A DNA stretch of 64,000 bases from Chrysomallon squamiferum (taxonomy: Eukaryota; Animalia; Mollusca), in NCBI GenBank assembly GCA_012295275.1, contig CM022676.1:15624001-15688000 (forward strand), in the 5' to 3' direction. Of this stretch, positions 51,063 through 63,491 are shown in pieces; position 1 is the first letter of the stretch; each line of letters starts with the position of its first letter. Position numbers and translations under genes: made by a program. Below the pieces are notes generated by a model. It was not told the origin of the DNA. It worked only from the letters and a program-made list of their open reading frames with translations, and ran no database searches.

Positions 51063-51362
51063 CTGCTGTTACAATATCCGTCTCTTCTGTAAAATCTTTA
51101 ACTCCGTATTTGTTACAAGCCAAAATCCTCACAAGATACTTCGTGTCTGATTTCAGAGATGCTATCACTGTTGTATGGGTTGTGTGTAGACCTCGTTCTA
51201 GAAATTTCTCTGTGACGTTGTTCCAGTGTGTTGACGTGCTTTCTCTGTACTGTACAATGAATGTTTGCATGAAGCCGCCGTTAAATTCCTCTGTCCAAGA
51301 CACTGAGATGGCAGAAGAGCTGATTCTCTTTATGTTCACATTGGAAGGAATGCTTGGTGGAC
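51063..51362 (-). CDS. Gene 2: fibronectin type III exon
   Basis: PPSIPSNVNIKRISSSAISVSWTEEFNGGFMQTFIVQY...LKSDTKYLVRILACNKYGVKDFTEETDIVTA; 300 nt, phase 1-1. Confidence 0.92.
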
Positions 51363-52535
51363 CTTGTAGGCAAGAAGATAGTCAGGTCAGGTGACGTTGA
51401 AAAACATGATGATATCAGAAATATAACGAAATTGTACATTTGAAAACAAGAAGGCAAAAAAGAACAAGATAATGAACAAGAACAACCAAAAAGTGATTGA
51501 AAGGTCAAATTAATAGAAAAATGCAAAGGAAAACTATGAAATTATCCACAAGATTTTTCCGAGTAGATCAATTTGAATCTAGAACTTGATAGATTCCAAA
51601 GTCTGTGATTTGAATGTGTGTTAAACTGCAAAACCCCAAAGCAGACATTTCCTTTGTAATCGATGTACCGTGTCCAAGTCTATGTGTAATACAACTGGCT
51701 AGTTTGTTCAATGTAATGCTGGTAACCAGTGAAGTCTGTATTGATTATATCCATGTGTGTCTATGTGTTTGTGTGCGTGTCTCTATATATGTATGCTTCT
51801 TTGTGTTTATTAGTGTAGATTTGTTATTAATAAAATTTCTTTAAAGTTATGTTAATTACACAAATCACTTAATTATCAATATTATTTTTTTTTTTATATA
51901 GTTGATTTAGAAGTAATTTTAACTTGTTTATTTTGATTATTTATTTATGAGGTTCGCACAACAACCGAACCATCTACACACATCTCACAGCCTAAAATAA
52001 AATGTTATTGAAGAAGGAGAAAAATCATCAGCTGTTAGTGAGCAATTGTCCGTATTCCTTCTTTCAGTGTAACAGTAATTTGTCAAAAAAATTGTGCCAA
52101 ATGAAAATATCACAAGTTGCATCACTGCTGACTGAATCATTTTTTGTGTTCTTAGTGTCACATTAGTAAAGATTTTTTGTTATTTTCCAAACCTTAATAC
52201 CAACAATCATGTTTATTTATATCTTTAATTAAAAGGTTAACTTATAATTAATACACTAATCGCTTCGATTTAGTGCTGACTGTCTAGATTTACTGATACC
52301 ACAGATGATCCGACCTGAATATGTTAACTCATAATTAATACACAATTTGTTTGTTGTTATTTCTGAACACAGAAAACTCTAGTTGACAGTTCTGTATTGA
52401 AAAGGTATACTTTTAGTAGTAAAGATACCGAATCTGTTATAGAAGTGGTACGTACATTTGTCTTTTGTATTTGTGGTCGTATATGTTTAATATACACAGA
52501 GAAAGATACATAAATAAATTAGGTAGATACATTAC

Positions 52536-52625
52536 TTCTTGAGCCAGATGTATCTAACAGAGTCGACGTTGTTGTTGTTGTTGATGCCTCTGTTACGTTA
52601 ATCTTATTATCCTGTGTTTGTAACC
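52536..52625 (-). CDS. Gene 2: Ser/Thr-rich stalk exon
   Basis: tttttcag acceptor, LQTQDNKINVTEASTTTTTSTLLDTSGSR, gtaatg donor; 90 nt, phase 1-1. Confidence 0.7.
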
Positions 52626-53754
52626 CTGAAAAATACATTTACGTACACACATGTATACATACATATAGTAAGCACCACGATGACAACATCTATTACATTT
52701 ACTGTAACTACTACTATTCTACTATTAATTTTTTTAATTTAATTTAGTATTTCTTTGACTGCTAAATACAGTTGTAGTCGATCAGCCATTATGTTCTCTG
52801 GTACACTGTGCTAACATAATGAAAGTGATGGAGGGAACAATGTGAAATTTCTATGGGATCCAATAGGAAGGTGTCTCTTTGTCCCTCGCTGCATTTGAAA
52901 ACAATAAAAATACAGCAGTGAAATCAGTGTTCATTAATAGATAATTGATTACTAGTATTACTTTTCTTCTGCGTATATATTAAGTGTTGTATCTGATATA
53001 AGAAGAATGCGTGTAAAGAAAGAACAGAAGAGAGACAGAAGTCTCATTAAGATGCACATGTTCTATTTCAGGACAAAGACCCGAAGTCAGGTGATTGTGT
53101 GATTATTAAGTATGCCTAAAGTGGAACACTGTTCACTGCATCAGTGTAATGACACCACGAACAAAGTTGACGAAGTGGACCATGTAGTCAAATTTCTGAG
53201 AACATCTCCCAGCACACTACGTCACGTGCAATTACTGAGTCTGACAAGGAAATAATTAGCTCAGTCGAGTGTCATTCCTAAGTCTGATGTGGAAACTACT
53301 AAAAGGCAGAAGGGAACCGTACAGTCGAGTGTCAGTTATGACGGGTTTAATCGTGAGCGATTCAGAATTAGTTTGGAACTCTGAAACTGCAGTGAAACCA
53401 TGGACACCAAGTTAATACCACGCAGTGTATTTGACAAGACTAAGCAGAAAGGTGACTGTGTTGAAAATGTAATTCGCTCATTAGTTTATACAGTAGGTGC
53501 ATCTGCGATGAAATTTATAAAGAAATAATTTTTGAAAAATGCATTAGTCTTGTTTCTAGATATTTTCACTGGCTGAGATGATGGCTCATAGGATGGCTCA
53601 TTGTTCCCTTACCCTGTCACATAAGTGTACCTCATAAAAATATTGATTGCGACAACCTATCAAACTCTTTATTGTAATCTAAAGTGATAATGCATCAACA
53701 GCTATGATGTGGACAAATATCTTAAAATTGGCTACTTAGTCTCCATTTAAAATC

Positions 53755-53811
<57 letters not shown>

Positions 53812-53815
53812 TTAC

Positions 53816-54160
53816 GTGTTGGTGTAATGGAGTTACTCTTACTGTTTTCAGTGCTACATGTCCATGACTTATAGTCGTTGACAGAAAATGAAGATATAGT
53901 CAAACTGTAAGTGGTTAAATAACTTGTACCTGGGTGTAAAGTTTTGATTCTTGTTTGTACAAACTTACATCTGTAGTTATCTGTCGACTCTCTGTGTGTT
54001 TCACATATTGCTGTGTTATATTTACATGTACAAATTTTCTCATCACCTCGTTTAAATGTGATATCTTCTTTATAAATATTTCTCATAACAGAACAAACAA
54101 ATGTGAAAGTTTGATTGATGACAGCCGTCCAGGAATACACTGATAAACCAGGATTTGTAG
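53816..54160 (-). CDS. Gene 2: second Cys-rich Ig-like domain exon
   Basis: TNPGLSVYSWTAVINQTFTFVCSV...ICTCKYNTAIC...YRC...YSLTISSFSVNDYKSWTC (L.I...D...W.C pattern); ttcag acceptor, gtaag donor, phase 1-1. Confidence 0.85.
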
Positions 54161-54165
54161 CTGAA

Positions 54166-54200
<35 letters not shown>

Positions 54201-54531
54201 TCTCCAACAACTACTATGCTAACAGTAATAACAACGACAACGAAACGCCAACAGCAATACTAATAGCAATAACAACAGCAACAAAATAGTAATAAGAATA
54301 ATAATAAGAAAAGCAATAACAAAAGTGTTGTTTGTGTACATACATACAGATGTGTGTATCAAATGCTGTTGTTCTTTTTTATAATTGAAAGATAATATTA
54401 CCTAAATTATTGTCGTCGTTTTGTGTGCGCATGCTTGTGTATGTGAGTAAATGTTTTCTTTTGTCTGTTGTTGTTTTGTTTTTTTGTTTTTTTGATTGTT
54501 TTTTTGACAGTAATGATAAATAGTTTCTTAC

Positions 54532-54885
54532 ATATTACACCAACTTGTGGTTCACTCCACACATCAAGTTGATCAGATCCACAAAACCAGACTCCAGTGT
54601 TATCTTCAGTTGGGTGATACTTAGAAACTAAATAGTCTTTGTACTCGCTGCTAGCTTTGTTTGTCTGTGCTCCACATCTACAAATGTAACTTTGTGTACT
54701 GTTACAGTTACACGTGTCTCCTCTCTGTACACAGTCACACACTGTAGTGTTATCAGTTTGTGTTTTATGTACAAACTTTATATCAGACGTCAGATTATGT
54801 GACTCGCGTGCACGACACGTCATAAACATCGTATCACCTTTTAGTACAGGTATCACTTGAAACCATCCAAACTTTACTCCTAGAA
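54532..54885 (-). CDS. Gene 2: first Cys-rich Ig-like domain exon
   Basis: VLKGDTMFMTCRA...VCDCVQRGDTCNCNSTQSYICRCG...PTEDNTGVWFCGS; phase 1-1. An alternative in-frame acceptor would start the exon at 54879. Confidence 0.85.
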
Positions 54886-55891
54886 CTGATACAAAAAAAA
54901 CATTCATTTTTATTTGCAAATAATTAATTAATTAAATGAGTTAGTTTTGTTGTAATAAAACTTCTCAGATTTGAGTTTAGTCACTATCGTTGTTATTATC
55001 ACTAATCGTAGCTGTATTAGATTGATAATGATACTACTGTTATTACAACTACTGTTACTACCAATGTGATTACTAGTACTTCTATCACTACTAATTATTA
55101 TTATTACTGCCTTTATGAATACTACAACTATTACTACTATCAGTAAAACTACTATTACTATTACTGCAAATACCATTAATACTACTATCACTAAAACTAC
55201 AATTACTGTTACTGCTGATTATGCTACTATTTTTGCTATTACTGTTTTTCTACTACTAGCACTAATGATACTCTTCCTAATACATACTATTCACACAAAC
55301 ACTAAAACCAGTTCTTCTGCTACTATACCCTCCACTGTTATTTCTGATACAATTATTATCAGTGGTTTATTCTATATTTACTTCTGTAATTACTACTGCT
55401 ACTTCTTCTTCTTCCTATGCTTCTTCCACTTTTTCTACTCTATTACTAGCACTACTATAGCTACTAGTACTACTACAGCTACTACGTCTACTTCTAATAA
55501 TACTACAACTACTACTGTTACCAGTACTACCACTATTACTATTACTACTATCACTACAACTACTTCTTTTACCACTGTTATAGCCATTATTGTGTTTTTA
55601 ATTATTAGTTTTAAATATTCCACATTTACTACAACTGCTACAGTTGCTGCTGTTGCTACTTGTGTTACTAGCGCTAACTGTATGATTACCAGTAACTGTA
55701 TAACTGTGTAACTATTACTGCTGTTGTTTTAACTATTGCTACTATTACGACTACTACACTCCCTGATTCTATTACTGTTACAATGACCACTACTACTCAC
55801 ACTAACACAACAACTACATTTTCTAAAAACTATTTGCTTAAGAAGAAGAAAAGAAGAACAACTACCTGGCATTAGCTTAGATTTAACTTAC

Positions 55892-55958
55892 CAGTACTCG
55901 AGTGCAGAATGAGAAAACTTATAGGAAAAATACGGAAAATAAAAACGTCTGTCCGCAT
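55892..55958 (-). CDS. Gene 2: start codon and signal-peptide exon
   Basis: MRTDVFIFRIFPISFLILHSST(V) then gtaag donor, phase 1. The exon acceptor is at 55984-55983, and an upstream UTR-exon donor gtcag lies at 56244-56240. Confidence 0.75.
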
Positions 55959-56579
55959 GTTTCAATTATTCTAGTGAGATATCTGAAATAACAATAATAA
56001 TAATTGTAATAATAATGATAATAATAATAATAATACTTAAAATAATAGTAATAATAATAACACTAAACTAATAATAATAATATAAATAATAATCATAATC
56101 ATAATCATAATAAAAATAACAACCATAACAACAACAACAACAACAACAATAATAATAATACAAACGTCACTAGAAATAGAAATAACAATAACTATAAAAT
56201 CGATTCAGTCAGAAAAAGAAATTATGAACTATTTAAAAACTGACTTGTCAAATGTTCTTCCCTATGTAGTCTGCAGTATTCCTCTTAGAGCAGCCAGTGA
56301 AATTTCTGCAAAGCTTTCCTCCAACAAGGAAGTCAGTCTACTTATGTATTTCAGCAAGCTGCATTGTTTCAAAAAGGAAACAGGTTATAAAGTGCTTGCT
56401 ATTGTTCGTGTGAATATGCGTTGAACACTTAGCATAACATATTCTCAAATAAACTTTGTCAGAGAAACTTTCGCTTGGAGTACCTAATATAAGTGTGTGT
56501 CTGTATGTGTGTCTTTGTGTATGTCTGTATGTGTGTCTTTGTGTGTGTCTCCGAATGTTTGTGTCTGAGTGTGTCCCTA

Positions 56580-56614
<35 letters not shown>

Positions 56615-56769
56615 TCTCTATTAAGACAATGTTATTATATATTTTGTAAACTAATTAAATGAGAGAATTTATGTTGAAAGCCCTTCTGATATTGTACAGG
56701 GAGGTTTATTGTGCGTATATATGTATATATGTATATATGTGTGTGTTTGAGTGTATGTGTGAATATGTA

Positions 56770-56847
<78 letters not shown>

Positions 56848-57093
56848 TATATATATATGTGTATGTATGCGATTTAAAATACACTTAGAAAGGATCAAAG
56901 CATACGTTTCTGCTCTGCTAACAAGGATTAAAATCCAATCATTTACTACAAAAAGAAATCATAATTTAAAAAAAATAGAACTGTTCATGATAATAACAGT
57001 TATTATTTAGTGGGTATATTATAGGTTTGTATGAATCAGACTGGTATCAGGTATGTGTATTATTGTACACATACCTAACGATGTTAGAGGCAG

Positions 57094-57107
57094 GCGCCCC
57101 CTGGCGG
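57094..57107 (-). promoter_or_regulatory. CTCF-consensus motif
   Basis: The minus strand reads CCGCCAGGGGGCGC, matching the bilaterian CTCF core. It is an isolated GC-rich word between divergent genes 2 and 3. Confidence 0.6.
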
Positions 57108-57451
57108 AAAACTGCCAATATATTACGGAACACGGACAAAGGAATTTAAACAGAAAGTTTTCACAAAAGTAACCGAATTCACGTGTTTTGTTTCGTAAGA
57201 AGAAATTACATTGAGGTACTGTTATTTTTTCTTTCTATCTTTTCGCTTAATTTTAGATCTTAGGTTTTTTCCGCTTTATTTTACTTTAGTTCCTATTTTG
57301 TTTTTTATATATTTTAATATTTTTATTTTTTTTTTCGTCTTAGTAACAGTATTGTTTTTGCATACTTTATTTGTAACTGTGTCTTCCTGTGTTCGTTCTT
57401 CTGTCGTTCTCAAAAATTCAGGTTGAGGATACTCTACCCGAAATCCATGTG

Positions 57452-57460
57452 ACCGGAAGT
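57452..57460 (+). promoter_or_regulatory. Ets-family motif in the probable promoter region of gene 3
   Basis: ACCGGAAGT consensus about 480 bp upstream of the ATG-containing exon. Confidence 0.35.
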
Positions 57461-57938
57461 TATAACCAGAGAAAAGGATTTAAATCAAAACACAGATTCC
57501 GATTAATTTTCGTAAACAGCAAAAACAGAGAGTTCTCGGGATATTTTATATGTAATAAAGTTTGTGTGTACTAAACCAGGTGAGAACTTTGAGTTTCAAC
57601 ATTTCGATTAATCGTCTAAAGTTCAAGATTTCAGAATTTCGGAGAACTGATTCTCAAAATGTAAATACAATTTGCTGTTTAGTTCCTGTGAATACTGAAA
57701 ATCTGTTCTTATTTATTTGTGTGCGTTTTTTTTTTTTTTTTTTTTTATTAAAATATTCATTTAAATAACGATTTGTTTGAATGTTTATGCATTTTTGTGT
57801 GTATATGTATGTATGTCTGAATGTATCTATGTATGTATATGTATATATATGTAATATGTATGTATGTATATATGTATGTATGTGTGTATGTATGTGTATG
57901 TATGTATATATGCCCATATGTATTTTATTTAATCACAG

Positions 57939-58017
57939 ATGGCTCTTTCAGCAGTGTTTGTTGTTGTCATAGTAACAGTTTCTTTCTCATCTTGCTGGAG
58001 TCAAACGCCATTTAAAT
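57939..58017 (+). CDS. Gene 3 (chitin-binding protein): signal-peptide exon
   Basis: cacag acceptor directly before ATG; MALSAVFVVVIVTVSFSSCWSQTPFK; gtaagt donor, phase 1. Confidence 0.85.
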
Positions 58018-58459
58018 GTAAGTACTTGATCAACTCACGTTTTCTAATCTCCTGTTTGTTTGTTTATTTATTTATGTATTTTTATAATTTAGTACAAAAT
58101 GTCTATACACCCACCCATCCATAGAAAAACACACACACGCACACACACACAGACACACACGCACAGACGGACGCACGTATATATTTAGGTTATATATGTA
58201 AAAGAATACATCTTCACAGATTATCCCTTATTTAAATTGTTTATCTGTTTATTTTGTTTATTTGTTGTAGTTTTGTTTGTTTGTTTCTCTGTTGTTGCTT
58301 TCTTTTGTTTGTTTATTTTGTTTATCTGTTGTTGTTTTTGTTTCTTTGTTTCTTTGTTTATCTGTGGTTGTTTATTTTATTTTCGTTATATTGTTTGTTT
58401 GTTTGTGTGTTTTGTTTATCTGTTGTTTGTTTGTTTATCTGTTGTTTTGGTTTGTTTAG

Positions 58460-58667
58460 TGAATAGCAAGTGTTCACGACGTTCTGACTGCATGATCGGC
58501 GACAACACCCAACATCCCGAATGCACCGACTGCACCGACTGCACCCAGTTTGTCGTTTGCTTCCAAGGAAACTACGCTGTCGTCAGCTGTCCTGCGACAT
58601 CTCTTGACGACGTTTACTACGACGTCACCACCGGCAGATGTGTCAGCAAGGAGAAGGCAAAATGTGG
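58460..58667 (+). CDS. Gene 3: N-terminal chitin-binding type-2 (CBM14/peritrophin-A-like) exon
   Basis: CMIGDNTQHPECTDCTDCTQFVVCFQGNYAVVSCPATSLDDVYYDVTTGRCVSKEKAKC; tttag acceptor, gtgagt donor, phase 1-2. Confidence 0.85.
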
Positions 58668-58866
58668 GTGAGTCATTACTGTACTAACTTAAATACAGTT
58701 TTTAATTAATTTCTCTGTAAATATAACAGTTTCGTGTTTACATTCTCGTTGTTGTTGTTGTTGTTGAAGTAGTCGTTTTAGTGTTCATTGTTGTTGTAAG
58801 AAGTTAGAGGCATCACTGAAATCACAAAAGAGGTTGTATGCTAAACTGTTTTATTTCTTCCCTTAG

Positions 58867-60111
58867 GACACAGACAGACACAGAGAAGATGATTTCTGCA
58901 GATCTGAGAAAAGCGAAGAAAGCTTCGATAACTCTACCTGATGGATCCGAATACAAGTTCTCCTACTTTTCCCCGGACCTGTCCATTCACCCTTTGGAAA
59001 GTAAGGCGAATGAAAATGACGTCACAACAAATGAAGGTACAAAGAATGAAAATTATGTTACAAATAACTCGATAAATAATGAATATCAGAATGACATCAC
59101 CAATAGTCCGACTGAAAGTGATGTCACGAGCTACAATAATGAAAATGACGTCACAAGTAGCCCCACACAAAATGATTTCACGAGTAGCCTCAATGAAAAT
59201 GACGCCACAAACAACTTAAGTGAAAATGACGTCACTAGTAAGCCGATTGAAAAATTCACAGGTTACGAGAAGGAAAATGACGTCAGAGGTAAACAGAACG
59301 AAAAAGAAATACCCACTAACCAGAATAAAAATAATGATATAAATAATCAACACCAAAATGACGTCACCAATAGCCTCAGTACATATGACGTCACAGACAG
59401 TCCGATTAGAAGTAGTACGACTTCATCCAGCACAACTCCGCCTCGACGTGAGATCAACCCAGCCTCCATGCTGACTTCTGACATAAACAATTACGTTGAT
59501 AACTTACAAGAAAAACAGTTTTCTTTCCTCGTTTTGACAGCGCTCAGCCAATCAAGTTTGAGACGTTTTCTCAGCCTCGTGTACGGCTCTACTTTGGCGG
59601 GAAACCGGTCGGTTTTAACTCCAAGGATAATGACGACCTGATGTCCGCTATAAAACTTCCCAGCAACGACGTCAGTCACAACGACCTGAACGACATGCAT
59701 AAACAACTGAATGAAGATTTGTTGTCGCTGGGACATCCTTTCGATAAAGATTTTTTCAATTTCCAAGAGAGTCGGCAATCACTTTCACAATTCGAAAATC
59801 TAGAAATGAATTCTGAGAAACCGGCTCAAGTAACATCTACTCCGTCTACGGCTAATACACAGCAGCAACAGCAACCGAGATGCACCGTTAGCTGCATTTA
59901 CGACGGGCAACGACTACACGGTCTGTATCAGCACTGCCACACGTGCTCCATGTACGTCGACTGTAACCATGGAAACGCGAGTTACCAGTCGTGTCCTATT
60001 TTAAGAGAGTGGGATGACAACAAGAAACAGTGCGTACTCTTTTCCTCCACCTGTCGGCAATTCTCGGCTTTTCCGACAATGGACGATCTTCTAGAGACAC
60101 GTTTTAAATAA
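58867..60111 (+). CDS. Gene 3: last exon with the acidic NDVT-repeat linker and C-terminal CBM14 domain; 1-nt frameshift near 59503-59525
   Basis: The ccttag acceptor is in phase with the previous exon. The -1 frame is open from 59503 to 60111 and ends in CTVSC...GLYQHCHTCSMYVDCNHG...SCPILREWDDNKKQCVLFSSTC. AATAAA at 60382-60387. Confidence 0.8.
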
Positions 60112-60949
60112 CTGTGTTACATTACAGTGTCAGTGTATGCACTTGCGTTCATTATAATCTCTAAAACACTAACATAATTATTAACTAAGTACGAACAGGT
60201 CAAGATTTCAGTTCCTAATTCCTCTTCTCATTAGTTTATTTATTTCATTTTATTTTATTTTATTTCATTATATTTTATATTTTTTCATTTTTTTTATTTA
60301 TTTACTTATTTATTTAAGAGATTTTTTTTTTTTTTTTTTGGTTTGCATGCTTCTTTGATAACTTGCTCTTTTAAAAAAATGAATAAAAGGCTTTCAGCAC
60401 ATGGTCTGAATATTTATTTTAAAATAAAATTATAATTTAAACATTTCTTTAAATGGTGTAACTCTCTACTTTATCGATCCTTAATCGTCCGATTTTTAAA
60501 TACCTAAAAAATATATAGTCAGGTACACGCAAATATATAGATATAAGCTAACGTAAGTATATACTTACACGTACACACGTACAAAATAATATTTAATATT
60601 ATATATATATAAACATACGTATATACAGACTTGCAGACAGGCTTAGAGATATACATATGAACATGCATACTTACATCCGTATACACAACACACATCTTCA
60701 CAGAGATACACACGCACACACGCACACACAGATACAGGCAGCACAGTATTAATTCCTAAATATGTATAAATGCCACTGAGAGCTTTGCGAAATAATGATA
60801 AGAAGAAGGTTGATGATGATGATAATAAGTAATTGAATAGATAAATAAACAGGGAATATGAATGAAATACTTTTACAAAATGTAAGAAAAACTGACGATC
60901 AACATTCTTCGTAAAATGATTTACTCCAGAACTGACTATTTTGTGCGCA

Positions 60950-61044
60950 TGGGTGTGCGCTTATATATATTAGCAGTATGTAGATGTGTGTGTGTCTGTG
61001 TATGTATATGTGTGTGTCTCTGTGTGTGTCTGTGTGTGTGTGTC

Positions 61045-61076
<32 letters not shown>

Positions 61077-61993
61077 TGTGTATGTGTGTGCGTGTGAGTG
61101 CTCTTATATATATTAGAAGTATGTAGATGTGTGTGTATATGTTTGTGTCTGTGTGTGTGCGCGCTTATATATATTAAAAGTATGTAGATGTGTGTGTGTG
61201 ACTGTGTGTGTGCGTATGTGTCCGTGTGTCTGTATGTGTGTGACTGTGTGTGTGCGCTTATATATATTAGAAATATGTAGATGTGTGTGTGTCTGTGTGT
61301 GTCTGTGTGTGTGTACGTTGTGTTTATGTGTGTGTGCATGTGTGTGCGCTTATATACATTAAAAGTATGTAGATGTGTTTGTGTCTTTGTGTGTGTCTGT
61401 GTGTGTGTGTGCGCGCGCGCTTATATATATTAGAAGTATGTAGATATGTGTGTGTGTGTGCCTGTGTGTGTGCGTGTGTGTGCGCTTATATATATTAGAA
61501 GTATGTAGATATGTGTGTGTATATGTGTTTTTCTGTGTGTGTATGTGTGTGTCTGTGTGTGTGTGTGTGCGTGAGTGTGCGCTTGTATATATTAGAAGTA
61601 TGTAGATGTGTGTGTGTATATGTGTTTTTCTGTGTGTGTGTGACTGTGTGTGCGTGTGTGTGCGCGCTTATATATATTAGAAGTATGTAGATGTGTGAGT
61701 GTCTGTGTGTGTGGCTGTGTGTGTGCGTGTGTGTGCGTGTGTGTGCATTTATATATATTAGAAGTATGTAGATGTGTGTGTCTGTATGTGTACATGTGTG
61801 TGTTTGGGTGTGTGTATGTGTGTGTGCGTGTGTGTGCGCTTATATATATTAGAAGTATGTAGATGTGTGTGTATATGTGTGTGTCTGTATGTGTGTGTAT
61901 CTGTATGTGTGTGTGTGTGTCTGTGCGCTTATATATATTAGAAGTGTGTAGATGTGTGTGTGTGTCTGTGTGTGTATATGTGTGTGTCTGTGT

Positions 61994-62024
<31 letters not shown>

Positions 62025-62095
62025 CGCTTATATATATTAGAAGTATGTAGATGTGTGTGTGTCTGTGTGTATGTGTGTTTTTCTGTGTGTGTGTG
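60950..62095. repeat. Minisatellite: 13 copies of a ~30-bp core separated by variable (GT)n-like spacers
   Basis: Core gcgcttatatatattagaagtatgtagatg at about 60957, 61099, 61161, 61254, 61346, 61417, 61482, 61579, 61664, 61745, 61836, 61925 and 62024. Confidence 0.92.
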
Positions 62096-62099
62096 ACTT

Positions 62100-62738
62100 T
62101 TTTCCTTAGATCAAGTTCATCAAACATGTGAGAACGACGACTGCAATTAGTTTATGCATTTGGTTTCAAGTGATCTGATGATGTACTTCCTCGATATATG
62201 CAGCAGACAGGCGACATTCTCGCCTATTAGGACGACGTCATCCGTGTAAAGATATCTGTGTAAAAGAAATATAATAAGACTTTGAAAAGTGAGATAACTA
62301 TGTGAGATTAATTAATTAGAAAATAATTACATTACTAAAAAAAACTCTATTGTTATCAACGTTACTGTCCGTATGTCTCTCTTACTCACTGTTTTCGTAC
62401 GTGTGTTTCCATGTCTGTGTGTGTATGTGTGTGCGTCTGTCTGTGTATCTCTGTGTGTGTGTGTGGGGGGGGTTAACATACTTTAAGAACTCTGAGAAGA
62501 TTTCTCCCTGCACATCCGGTATTATAATATCTGATTTTTCGCGAAGTGCTCCAGCCAACATCGGAATGAAAACTTCGCTTCGAATGATCAGAATAAACTG
62601 ATGCGCATCAACAGCCGTTTTATGTTCCCCAACTAAAAATCTGACGTCCGTGTGAGTTCTTGTAAGAAAAACGTGTTCAACGCATTCTGTCAGATTCTTC
62701 CCTGTGTGCCAACCTGAGACTGCAGATGAGGTGGCCAT
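62100..62738 (-). pseudogene. BTB/POZ(-BACK) domain gene of the BTBD1/2/3/6-like type, apparently disrupted
   Basis: Exon 62482-62738: MATSSAVSGWHTGKNL...TDVRFLVG...AHQFILIIRSEVF..ML.G...IIIPDVQGEIFSEFL(K), gtatg donor. The exon starting at 62255 reads YLYTDDVVLIGENVACLLHISRKYIIRSLETKCIN* with TAA at 62149-62147, then a frameshifted HMFDELDLRKK. A 5'UTR-exon donor lies at 63203-63199. Confidence 0.8.
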
Positions 62739-62754
62739 GTTTTCACTACTAACA

Positions 62755-62823
<69 letters not shown>

Positions 62824-63018
62824 CATAATAATAATAATAATAATCATATTAACAACAATAAAAATAATATTATTATTATGGAGTAGGGACAGAAATGGAA
62901 AAACAAACTGTTCACACATGGAACTGTAATAATTCAAGGAAAAAAATAATAAAAAGTAAAGTCATCAAAAAAAATCAAATAAATATCAATCAAATTAAAA
63001 TATAACATCAATAACTCA

Positions 63019-63066
<48 letters not shown>

Positions 63067-63439
63067 TGTTTATGCTCCAAAGTTTTCGTTTCTTTCTTTA
63101 TTTTTTCTAATTCCACGATATTACATAACTTTTGTTTTTGTTTTTAATCCAAATCCACAATAAATTAAGAATAAATTCGAAACACCAAAGGGAAATAACT
63201 TACGCTTTGTATTCATGGAAGTGGTAAAGGAATTATCTCCCACTGTATCAGTAAACACTTTTCTTGTCTGCTCTATGAAAATAGTTAAACACGATGTATT
63301 TGTTACTGAACATTTACTATGAACAATGATAATTAAACAACATAATTAAACAACAACAACAACAACATAATAATAATAATAATAATAATAATAATTATTA
63401 TTATTATTGTTATTATCATTATTATTATTACTGTCATTA

Positions 63440-63491
<52 letters not shown>

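Noticed and set aside
55115-55711. 198-aa Thr-rich mucin-like ORF
   Set aside because: It is a degenerate (ACT)n/(ATT)n tract antisense within an intron of gene 2, with no splice or domain support.
59505-59525. Programmed -1 ribosomal frameshift in the chitin-binding gene
   Set aside because: There is no in-frame X XXY YYZ slippery heptamer (codons read CAA GAA AAA CAG TTT TCT); an indel is the simpler explanation.
60950-62095. CRISPR-like repeat-spacer array
   Set aside because: The spacers are low-complexity GT runs of very variable length, there are no cas genes, and the context is a eukaryotic intron-containing genome. It is a minisatellite.
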